Part shown: piece by piece, positions 9,365-16,560 of the stretch | How positions within the stretch are numbered: position 1 is the first letter of the stretch | Layout of the letters: each line of letters opens with the position of its first letter | Origin: an uncultured virus (IMG/VR IMGVR_UViG_3300005099_000288) | Taxonomy: Duplodnaviria; Heunggongvirae; Uroviricota; Caudoviricetes | DNA length: 20,000 bases | Direction: 5' to 3' (one strand) | Virus record (IMG/VR): IMGVR_UViG_3300005099_000288 | Made by a program: the position numbers and the translations under genes | Notes under the pieces: model-generated | Told to the model about the DNA's origin: nothing | The model's input: only the letters and a program-made list of their open reading frames with translations | Database searches by the model: none

Positions 9365-9606
9365 AGCTATTGGAAAAAGGATCGTGGATAAAATGTAATG
9401 TAGAAGAGATCTTAAATCTACGCCGTGAGAGCATATACATGATATTCGAAGAATGGGCATTTATGTTAATGCCAGTGGAACGCATTATTGGTAGACGCGT
9501 ATTTTACAAGGATGGAACGTCTGAAACAGTAGAGCTAGACAGAGAATTTTATGTATTGTTGCGGGGAGAAAGAGGAAATTCGGAGGAAAATATTAAAAGT
9601 TTATGA
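9346..9606 (+). CDS. Hypothetical protein
   Basis: 86-aa ORF in operon; start uncertain. Confidence 0.6.
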   Translation: MDFEEVKLLEKGSWIKCNVEEILNLRRESIYMIFEEWAFMLMPVERIIGRRVFYKDGTSETVELDREFYVLLRGERGNSEENIKSL

Positions 9607-9636
9607 ATGGATTAATAATTTAAAGGTGGTAAATAA

Positions 9637-10011
9637 ATGAAACTGAAATACAAATCTTCTATAGAAAAGTGGGAGGATCTAACGAGAATTGCATTGTTTC
9701 AGCTTAACGATGAAAAACTTGCATGGCTCTGTCAAGATATCGCTGATTACATAAAATCAAAATGTGATACCAAACTTAAATTTACCATTGAACTAGATAT
9801 TGAGAATTTAGAGGATTTTGTAGATGCTATATATGATGATAGTGCCACTGATCGAAAACATCCATGTCCTCATTGCTATAAATATAGAGGTGATTGTCAT
9901 AAGTGCCCTTTGAGAGGAAAGAAAATAGGTTATTGTTGTGATGGATTATGGATTAAGGTTATGAAATATTTGAATATAAAGAGAGCACATGAATATTTAG
10001 ATACTGAGTGA
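9637..10011 (+). CDS. Cys-cluster protein, paralog of 10494-10865
   Basis: KYKSSIEKWEDLTRIALF...DEKLAWLCQ...HPCPHC-x6-CHKCPLRG-x5-CCDG-x-W. Confidence 0.8.
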   Translation: MKLKYKSSIEKWEDLTRIALFQLNDEKLAWLCQDIADYIKSKCDTKLKFTIELDIENLEDFVDAIYDDSATDRKHPCPHCYKYRGDCHKCPLRGKKIGYCCDGLWIKVMKYLNIKRAHEYLDTE

Positions 10012-10040
10012 ACACATTATAGAAGGAGGTGATTGAAACT

Positions 10041-10220
10041 ATGAAAGTAGGAAAACTCGAGATGGTAAAAGAACTCAAATGCGAATGTGGAAGTAAAGAT
10101 TTTTTAGTAGGTCCTAGAGGAGGACTAAGCGTAAATATTAAATGTGTGAAATGTGGAAGGATAATGAATGTAGTTTGTGGTCCTAACGGAAAATATTTAG
10201 TAGAAAGAATATACGAATAG
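10041..10220 (+). CDS. Zinc-ribbon microprotein
   Basis: CECGS...GPRGG...IKCVKCG; SD GGAGGTGA. Confidence 0.7.
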   Translation: MKVGKLEMVKELKCECGSKDFLVGPRGGLSVNIKCVKCGRIMNVVCGPNGKYLVERIYE

Positions 10221-10227
10221 AGTAAAA

Positions 10228-10497
10228 ATGGTGTTCGAACTGGTAGTTCCTAGAATTCAAAAGAATGTAATAAATATGTGCAAGAAATGTGTATACTTCA
10301 GGGGAATTAGAAATCATAGAAAAAATCCCAATTTGGTCGTTATACGTTGTGATGTTCCTAAAGAAATTTGGTACGGTGATATGAAATGTCTCAGGGAAAG
10401 AACATTGAGAGTTTATCAACCCTGTCGCAAGAAGACAAACGTTCTCAATCAGGAGGGGAGATTACAAGAGAAAAAATTGAGAGGAGGTGGAAAATGA
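10228..10497 (+). CDS. Cys-containing basic hypothetical protein
   Basis: CKKCVYF...RCD; ATGA overlap with the next gene. Confidence 0.6.
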   Translation: MVFELVVPRIQKNVINMCKKCVYFRGIRNHRKNPNLVVIRCDVPKEIWYGDMKCLRERTLRVYQPCRKKTNVLNQEGRLQEKKLRGGGK

Positions 10498-10865
10498 AAC
10501 TGGAATATAGATCTTCGGTTGAAAAGTGGGAGAGTCTAACCAAAATTGCTCTATTCGAGTTTGATGACGAAAAATTGGCATGGCTTTGTCAGGAAGTCGC
10601 AGATTATATAAAATCGAAGGGTGATGTCTCCTTACCGTATATTGTCGAATATAACATAGAGACTATAGAGCATTTCATTAGAGCGATATATACCTCCTAT
10701 AGACATCCGTGTCCTCACTGTGTTAGGTTTTGTAACAACTGCCGGATATGCCCTTTACGGGGGGATAGAGGATTATGCTGTGATGGTAAGTGGCGTGACG
10801 TCGTGGTGTACTTGAAGTCTATATTAGAAGATTGTAGAAGAGTACGCCGAGGCCGACTTGGATAG
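10494..10865 (+). CDS. Cys-cluster protein, paralog of 9637-10011
   Basis: ATG 10494 after GGAGGTGG matches the paralog N-terminus MKL(K/E)Y; HPCPHC-x6-CRICPLRG-x4-CCDG-x-W. Confidence 0.8.
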   Translation: MKLEYRSSVEKWESLTKIALFEFDDEKLAWLCQEVADYIKSKGDVSLPYIVEYNIETIEHFIRAIYTSYRHPCPHCVRFCNNCRICPLRGDRGLCCDGKWRDVVVYLKSILEDCRRVRRGRLG

Positions 10866-10965
10866 CGAAGAAGTTTTAAATATTACCATAGTAAAAACAG
10901 AGTGCGGTAAGTATTATAAATGTAGTGAGTGTGGATGTGCGGAGGTGAGGAGGAGCCAGAAATGA
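10858..10965 (+). CDS. Possible zinc-ribbon fragment or microprotein
   Basis: LDSEEVLNITIVKTECGKYYKCSECGCAEVRRSQK*; ATGA overlap with 10962. Confidence 0.4.
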   Translation: MDSEEVLNITIVKTECGKYYKCSECGCAEVRRSQK

Positions 10966-11330
10966 ACGTTCTGGTACCGTCTGAGTGGAATATTACGATT
11001 AAAAAGACACAAGAAGATTCTGATAAGTATGTTTTGACTTATAGGGAAGTGTGTTCCAGACTGGAGACAATGAGTCCTGAAGATTTTGCAAAGGCTGTCG
11101 AAAATACAGTAAAACTTCTTCACGAACTGACAGAAAAATTCGGAGTAAAATCTGAATATAGTGTCGGAAGTGATGGTTTCGAAGTAGAATTAACAGTAAC
11201 AGACAGACTAGAAAAAATCGCAAATACGATAGTCTCAGAATTTCTGCCATTCAGTACTTTAGGGAACATGAGCATCGGTCAGATCTTTCTTAATATTATG
11301 TACAGGTCTGTCACAGAGGAGGCGAAATAA
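10962..11330 (+). CDS. Hypothetical protein
   Basis: ATG 10962 after GGAGGAG; acidic alpha/beta-like composition. Confidence 0.7.
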   Translation: MNVLVPSEWNITIKKTQEDSDKYVLTYREVCSRLETMSPEDFAKAVENTVKLLHELTEKFGVKSEYSVGSDGFEVELTVTDRLEKIANTIVSEFLPFSTLGNMSIGQIFLNIMYRSVTEEAK

Positions 11331-11638
11331 TGGAATGCCGACTTAATATCATTTTAGAACCTACTATTACCGAGAGTGAATTCGGAGAAAGCTCTAAACT
11401 GGTGAGATGCGCAAATTGTGGTTCCTCGCTGTTAAGAGCAGTGGTGGAAAAATCCCCTTATAATATGAGTATCAGAGGAAAGCCCGAAGAAAACTGTGAC
11501 GAAATTACAATTGAAAAGAATTTACTGGAAATGGAAATCTACTGTGCAAAGTGTGGAGATCGCGTCTGTGGAGTGACGTATTACGTTGAAAAGAAAGCAG
11601 TTGTAAAAGACACTGAGTTAAATTTTGAGGAGGTGTAA
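11330..11638 (+). CDS. Zinc-ribbon protein
   Basis: CANCGS...CAKCG; TAATG coupling with the upstream gene. Confidence 0.7.
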   Translation: MECRLNIILEPTITESEFGESSKLVRCANCGSSLLRAVVEKSPYNMSIRGKPEENCDEITIEKNLLEMEIYCAKCGDRVCGVTYYVEKKAVVKDTELNFEEV

Positions 11639-11642
11639 AAAG

Positions 11643-11918
11643 GTGCCGATTAGAGTTATTAAACTTGAAGGAAAGGATCTGAGTTTTGATTTTAATATAT
11701 ATGGAGCTGAAGAAAAAGACTCCCTAGATGCAGAGATCAAAATTGACGGAGAATTCAAGCATGGGGATTTTATTAATTTCATGAAGGAACTTTTGTTAGA
11801 AAACAAAAACTACTATGACTATGATAAAACGTGGGAAATTACTATTAAATTAGTTGCAAAAAAGAAAGTACAAACTACAATTTCTCAATATATAGAGGGA
11901 GGAAATAGAAATGAGTGA
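11643..11918 (+). CDS. Hypothetical protein
   Basis: GTG after GGAGGTG; in operon. Confidence 0.65.
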   Translation: MPIRVIKLEGKDLSFDFNIYGAEEKDSLDAEIKIDGEFKHGDFINFMKELLLENKNYYDYDKTWEITIKLVAKKKVQTTISQYIEGGNRNE

Positions 11919-12093
11919 ATTAGCAAGAATGTTAATAGAAAGGATAAATATTATAGATTCGGGAAATTTCACAGAAAATGATGTAAGAGATGCAGTGACC
12001 TTGCTAAAAGTATTGATCCAAGAGAGAAAACAGAAAAAGGAGAATATTGTAGAGGAAATCGAGAATTTTGACGAAAAAAAATATTTTAAGTAA
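11911..12093 (+). CDS. Hypothetical microprotein
   Basis: GGAGG SD; helical charged composition. Confidence 0.6.
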   Translation: MSELARMLIERINIIDSGNFTENDVRDAVTLLKVLIQERKQKKENIVEEIENFDEKKYFK

Positions 12094-12105
12094 AAGGAGA
12101 GACAA

Positions 12106-12450
12106 ATGACCGAAACTATTCGAATAGTGTATTACATAGACCCAAAAAAATTAAAAAAATTAGCTGAGGAAGAAAACGAAAATGTCAGAGTTCTCAAAGA
12201 ACCTTGCGATCTTTTTATTATTTCTCCCAGTTTCTGGAATAAAAACCATGTGGAAATAGATCTAGGCCAGGGTAAAATTATCGTTAGCAGAAAACTTTTT
12301 GAGAAGGAATTGTTGGAGTATAGGAAAAAATTACAGGAACTCGAAGTGGAGTCTCATCTTAATTTTATTATAGACAAATTGAAACACGGATCAGAAGAAG
12401 AAAGACAAAAAATAATATCTACCCTGAGAGACGTACTAGTCCCTGCGTAA
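12106..12450 (+). CDS. Hypothetical protein
   Basis: AGGAG SD; last gene of the small-gene operon. Confidence 0.65.
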   Translation: MTETIRIVYYIDPKKLKKLAEEENENVRVLKEPCDLFIISPSFWNKNHVEIDLGQGKIIVSRKLFEKELLEYRKKLQELEVESHLNFIIDKLKHGSEEERQKIISTLRDVLVPA

Positions 12451-12477
12451 ATTGGCAGGGATGAGTATTTCAGAAAT

Positions 12478-12496
12478 AAAGGAAATACTTAAAAAG
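12478..12496 (+). promoter_or_regulatory. Putative BRE-TATA for the Rit1-like gene
   Basis: aaaggaaata-cttaaaaag in the intergenic gap, followed by a GGTGA SD before GTG 12535. Confidence 0.45.
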
Positions 12497-12534
12497 TGTA
12501 AGTGGAAACCGTAGATATACAACAGGTGAACGCA

Positions 12535-13092
12535 GTGATATATCAGAGGAATAAAATTCTACGAGTAGCAAATGCTTCTAACGGGTTAGCATTTCCTCCA
12601 TACGATGAAATCTCAATGTTTTTGAGTCAGCACGGGCATCACATAAAGACTGGATATTTTAGAATAGATGCAATGCCACATACAGTAACTGCACATTTAT
12701 TACAGGGAGGGAAAATCGTTGTAGTTGATGCTACACGTAAAAGCCACGGATTGCCCGATGGTATAAAGAAAGGACTGACTACATGGTGTCTTGTATTTAA
12801 TAGAGCAATAGGTTATCGGAGAATAAGAGTCGCAGAATGGGAAACTCCTGAAATGCGAAGAGTCGCTTTTAGCAATACACACAAAAAGACAGTTCAAGCA
12901 ATAAGGAGATTAGCAAGGATTCTAGGGGATTGCGGTCCTGTATGGATAGGAAAAGATGCACCTGTAATGCTGGAAATCCATCATAATTTCAGGTTGGACG
13001 ACAAACCACACGAGATTTCTAAAGCCCTGGAGATATCTAGATTTTTCAAAGTAAAACACTATGACCCCATAAGGTTTTCAGGAAATTCTTAG
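12535..13092 (+). CDS. Rit1-like protein (tRNA A64-2'-O-ribosylphosphate transferase N-terminal domain homolog)
   Basis: Collinear motifs VANASNGLAF / MFLSQHGH / GGKIVVVDATRKSHGLPDGIKKGLTTWCLVFNRAI / GPVWI versus recalled Rit1 VAN(L/E)RCGLWY / YFKSTDGH / GGxIIVDSTR(K/R)GKRxPDxxSKTIPxWxxVLNR / RPLWV. ORF is open from 12502. Confidence 0.75.
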   Translation: MIYQRNKILRVANASNGLAFPPYDEISMFLSQHGHHIKTGYFRIDAMPHTVTAHLLQGGKIVVVDATRKSHGLPDGIKKGLTTWCLVFNRAIGYRRIRVAEWETPEMRRVAFSNTHKKTVQAIRRLARILGDCGPVWIGKDAPVMLEIHHNFRLDDKPHEISKALEISRFFKVKHYDPIRFSGNS

Positions 13093-13102
13093 AATAACAG
13101 TA

Positions 13103-13120
13103 ATTTACTTTTATTTTTTT
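13103..13120 (+). terminator. Oligo-T archaeal terminator after the Rit1-like gene
   Basis: atttacttttattttttt just after the stop codon. Confidence 0.5.
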
Positions 13121-13373
13121 GAATAGAGCTCAAACAGAGCTTAACTGAAATAAGATTAGAACGAGCTTATTTTCCCGAAAAAAGCGTAGAATCCTCGTAT
13201 TTTATGATCCGTGTAAAGAAAAACCTCACTCGAAGCAGTTTTTTCTAAGTAAGATATAGATCTACGGAGGAAAATTTATCATCGAAAAGGGGGCTTGATA
13301 TTTTCAAGTTAAAAAGTGTCATCATTAATCGGGAGAGAACATTTTTTTATAAAAGAACTACCAGTTATATTTG

Positions 13374-13997
13374 ATGAAATATTATGGTCTGAAGATATCC
13401 AAAATTACAGCACCTGAAGTATATCTTCCTCCAGAAGTCGAAAAATTCTCAGTGGAAGGAGATTTGTATGATTTATTCAAATATTTAGCACGTGGGTTGG
13501 AATATCCTGCACAATTTTATTTCATGGCAGGATTTTCTAAAGAACCTATTGTAAAATTCGAGAAATTCGTGTTTGTAAAAGGTTTAAGGACTGATGTTAA
13601 AGAAACAATGTTCAAATATTTAGACAAGGCTTACTTTTATCTCGATTCTCTTTTAGTAGAAGAACCGCTAGAGGAAGACATAAAATATTATGAGAAGTTT
13701 TATCCGTGTTTATTGGAAATAAGAAATTATCTTGCAGAAATTGAATTTTTTGGAAGTTCTTCCTATGGTCGTCACAGGAAATTTATTTCTTTATATGGTA
13801 TCAGAAACGGTAAAATCCTAGTAAAGTGTACAGTAAGTGGACTGTTGAGAGGAGAGTTTGACGAATTCAAGATAGGTATCAAAGGACATAAGAAGATGTT
13901 CCCTATTAAAATCATACGAGGAATTTACACTCCTGAAGAACTGGCAAAGGTTTTAATTCTCCGTACTATATATAAACGCACGAGGAAAGAAAGATGA
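13374..13997 (+). CDS. Hypothetical protein, paralog family B (1 of tandem triplet)
   Basis: GDLYDLxxYLxRGL, EPIVKxxKxVFVKGL, PxLLxIxNY, CTV and GIYTxEEL are shared with the next two ORFs. TATA ttttataaaa upstream. Confidence 0.82.
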   Translation: MKYYGLKISKITAPEVYLPPEVEKFSVEGDLYDLFKYLARGLEYPAQFYFMAGFSKEPIVKFEKFVFVKGLRTDVKETMFKYLDKAYFYLDSLLVEEPLEEDIKYYEKFYPCLLEIRNYLAEIEFFGSSSYGRHRKFISLYGIRNGKILVKCTVSGLLRGEFDEFKIGIKGHKKMFPIKIIRGIYTPEELAKVLILRTIYKRTRKER

Positions 13998-14620
13998 AAT
14001 ACCACATACTAAAAGTCTGTAGGATCCTATCATGGAAAGAATTTCCCAAATCAGAAATCGAAGAATCTTCCATCGACGGGGATTTGTATGATTTGATAGA
14101 GTATTTAACTCGTGGTCTGAGGAGATCTAAAAAGATCTACTTTGTCGTGAGTCTTTCAGAGGAACCCATAGTAAAATTTAAAAAACTCGTGTTTGTAAAA
14201 GGATTGAGTGAGGGTATTGAAAAAACAATGTATTATTATCTGTCGGGAATTACTACTCATCTTGAGATCCTCTTAGCGAGAGAAATTTCAGAAGATTACA
14301 AAAATTATTTTGATGAACATTACCCAGGTTTGCTGAAAATAAAAAATTACATTGCCATGGCAGAATTTGCAGGTTATTCTTCTGGAAGTGGTTCTGAAAA
14401 CTGGATATCCTTGTTTTGTATTAAAAATGGCAGAGTGCTGGGAATTTGTACAGTAAAAGCTCCAAGAGGTAGAATGAAGGCTCCTAGAGAAGTTGAGTTT
14501 CGCCATTTCGAGATAAATTTAAAGTATTCGAGAAAAAAATTTCCTGTTGAATATATGAGAGGAATTTACACTTCTGAAGAATTGATAAAATTCCTACGTT
14601 TACTTCTTGAGACGGGGTGA
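13994..14620 (+). CDS. Hypothetical protein, paralog family B (2 of triplet)
   Basis: Same motifs; ATGA overlap with the upstream gene. Confidence 0.82.
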   Translation: MKYHILKVCRILSWKEFPKSEIEESSIDGDLYDLIEYLTRGLRRSKKIYFVVSLSEEPIVKFKKLVFVKGLSEGIEKTMYYYLSGITTHLEILLAREISEDYKNYFDEHYPGLLKIKNYIAMAEFAGYSSGSGSENWISLFCIKNGRVLGICTVKAPRGRMKAPREVEFRHFEINLKYSRKKFPVEYMRGIYTSEELIKFLRLLLETG

Positions 14621-14625
14621 GAAAA

Positions 14626-15213
14626 ATGAAATATTACGGATTAAAAGGAAGGGTTGTATCTTCGAGAATATCTTCAGATTCAGAGAGAGTCGAAGAATTT
14701 TCAATAGATGGAGATCTGTATGATCTGGCAGAATATCTGACACGAGGTTTGGAAGAATCTAAAAAAATCTACTTTATTGCAAGTTCTTTCAGAGAACCGC
14801 TGATAGAATTAAAAAAACTCGCATTTGTGAAAGGATTAGGTTCGAAGATTGAAAGTACAATGTTTAACTATTTATACGGAACTGTTGTTTATTTCGATGA
14901 TTTCTTAGCGAAGAAGATCCCGTCCTATCGGAGAAATTGTATTGATGAGCACTGTCCAGGATTGTTAAAAATAAAGGATTACATTTCTATGGTAGAGTTT
15001 TTAGGTTATTCATCTGCAGATAGTTATAGCGTGTGGATCATTCTATACTGTGTTAAGAATTGCAGATTATTGGGGACTTGCACAATAAAAGTTCCGAAAG
15101 GGGAGTATAAACTCAGAATAAATATCAGGTATGCAAGGAAAGGAATTCCTATAGAGGAAATTAAAGGCCTTTATACGGCTGAAGAATTAATAAATATCCT
15201 ACGTTCCTTATAG
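14626..15213 (+). CDS. Hypothetical protein, paralog family B (3 of triplet)
   Basis: Same motifs; MKYYGLK start identical to 13374. Confidence 0.82.
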   Translation: MKYYGLKGRVVSSRISSDSERVEEFSIDGDLYDLAEYLTRGLEESKKIYFIASSFREPLIELKKLAFVKGLGSKIESTMFNYLYGTVVYFDDFLAKKIPSYRRNCIDEHCPGLLKIKDYISMVEFLGYSSADSYSVWIILYCVKNCRLLGTCTIKVPKGEYKLRINIRYARKGIPIEEIKGLYTAEELINILRSL

Positions 15214-15222
15214 TGAGGAAAA

Positions 15223-15750
15223 ATGAAAAAAATGAAATATTACATTTTCTACCAAAGAGGGAATTTTTACGAAATCGAAGAAAAAGAATTTTTAGACTTA
15301 GAAGAACTTTTCCGACATTGTTATTATATGGGTGAAGATGTACTTGTTGTTGACAGATCGGGAGAAGAAAAAAGTGTACTGAAAAAATTGAAGAAATACC
15401 TTTTCCTTTGTTCAATTCATGGAAAAAAAGACGTGATATCAAGAATTGTCGAATGTGTTGCACATAATCTTGGACTCGAACGAGATCTCCGAAAAACAGT
15501 GCAGGGAATTTTTGCGTCAGTTTCGAGAATGGGTGGGAGAGCAGTTAAAATTTTCGTTATTTACATTCCTCCAGAAGAAAGATACTATAGTGTGTGGAGA
15601 TACAAATATTCTCTGAAAACGAGACAACTGACTGTGTATAGAACTGGTTATCCCATTCTTTTTTATTCAGTTCATTTGCAATTTCTTGTGACATTAACTA
15701 AATATCCCAAGGCGGGGATAAAATTCGTAATTAGAAAAAGAAGGAAATGA
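15223..15750 (+). CDS. Hypothetical protein, possible distant family B member
   Basis: MKYYIF start; DLEELF and LKKYLFLCSI resemble DLYDLF and FEKFVFVKGL. Confidence 0.7.
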   Translation: MKKMKYYIFYQRGNFYEIEEKEFLDLEELFRHCYYMGEDVLVVDRSGEEKSVLKKLKKYLFLCSIHGKKDVISRIVECVAHNLGLERDLRKTVQGIFASVSRMGGRAVKIFVIYIPPEERYYSVWRYKYSLKTRQLTVYRTGYPILFYSVHLQFLVTLTKYPKAGIKFVIRKRRK

Positions 15751-15759
15751 TTCTAGAGG

Positions 15760-16227
15760 TCATTTTTCTAGAGTTTTTTTGCTATATTCACCGCCGAGTA
15801 TTCGTATGACTCGTAAAAGTTCTTCACCGTTGTATATATCACGCAGACGTGTTGAATAGAATCCTCTACCACGAGATAGTACTTCGTAGCGAGGTTTTAG
15901 GTATATCTTCATTTCACCACGTCCGAGCTGAAACCTATATTCTGCTAAATTCTTGGGGTCGAAGACTGACAAAATATCTTCCCAGTGATGTTCCCATATA
16001 CATGCAACTGCTCCGGATACATATTTAGGGGGATGGAAGTCCTTTTTTACATAGAAGACAAAAGCGGGTCTTTTATCATCGAAAATGTATGAACTTTTAT
16101 AGAACCCTATTGGTGTTTTAAGAGCAAAGAGAAGATGGTGGAAGTCACATTCATATTTAACAAATTTATATAACGGAGTTAGGGGAGGTTTCGTTCTGTA
16201 TTCACGAACTATGAGATACCACGACAT
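15760..16227 (-). CDS. Hypothetical protein, probable distant family B member
   Basis: YECDFHHLL and C-terminal RDIYNGEELLRVI resemble GDLYDL and RGIYTPEELAKVL. BRE-TATA cgaaaaac-tttttaata precedes a leaderless ATG on the minus strand. Confidence 0.75.
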   Translation of the reverse strand: MSWYLIVREYRTKPPLTPLYKFVKYECDFHHLLFALKTPIGFYKSSYIFDDKRPAFVFYVKKDFHPPKYVSGAVACIWEHHWEDILSVFDPKNLAEYRFQLGRGEMKIYLKPRYEVLSRGRGFYSTRLRDIYNGEELLRVIRILGGEYSKKTLEK

Positions 16228-16312
16228 ATTTTTAAAATTTCCCTTTTTTATATTAAAAAGTTTTTCGGAATTCGAAGAAAAATAGAAGGTCTAGAAATTC
16301 TACTGAGTGAAA

Positions 16313-16403
16313 ATGACTTGGTTTGTGGTTTGTGAGGAATATACAAAAGAACGATTTTTAATTTCATTCAACAGACACGATTGTGATTTTTACAATTTGC
16401 TCA
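16313..16403 (+). pseudogene. Truncated paralog of 15760-16227, ending at the IS right end
   Basis: MTWFVVCEEY...FNRHDCDFYNLL aligns with MSWYLIVREY...FVKYECDFHHLL; beyond 16403 the frame runs into antisense tnpB sequence. Confidence 0.65.
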
Positions 16404-16560
16404 GTGACCTACCCGCCCTAAAGGGCGGAGCTTCAAGAGGAATTTGGCCATTCCTTAACGGAACGACCCTTATCCTCCTTGGCGGGGTCACACCGCCACT
16501 ACCCCTTATCCTTACGGATTCGGGGGCTACTTTCTTTAAGATATTCAAAGCACCGTTAAC
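16384..16560 (-). ncRNA. TnpB omega-RNA (reRNA) scaffold plus flanking guide; 5' boundary approximate
   Basis: Hairpins at 16480-16498 (loop GUGACC complementary to terminal GGUCAC, pseudoknot), 16446-16468 and 16413-16428. Predicted guide UGAGCAAAUUGUAAAAAUCA. Confidence 0.6.

Noticed and set aside
13374..15213. Diversity-generating retroelement targets
   Set aside because: No reverse transcriptase and no near-identical TR/VR pair with adenine-specific mismatches.
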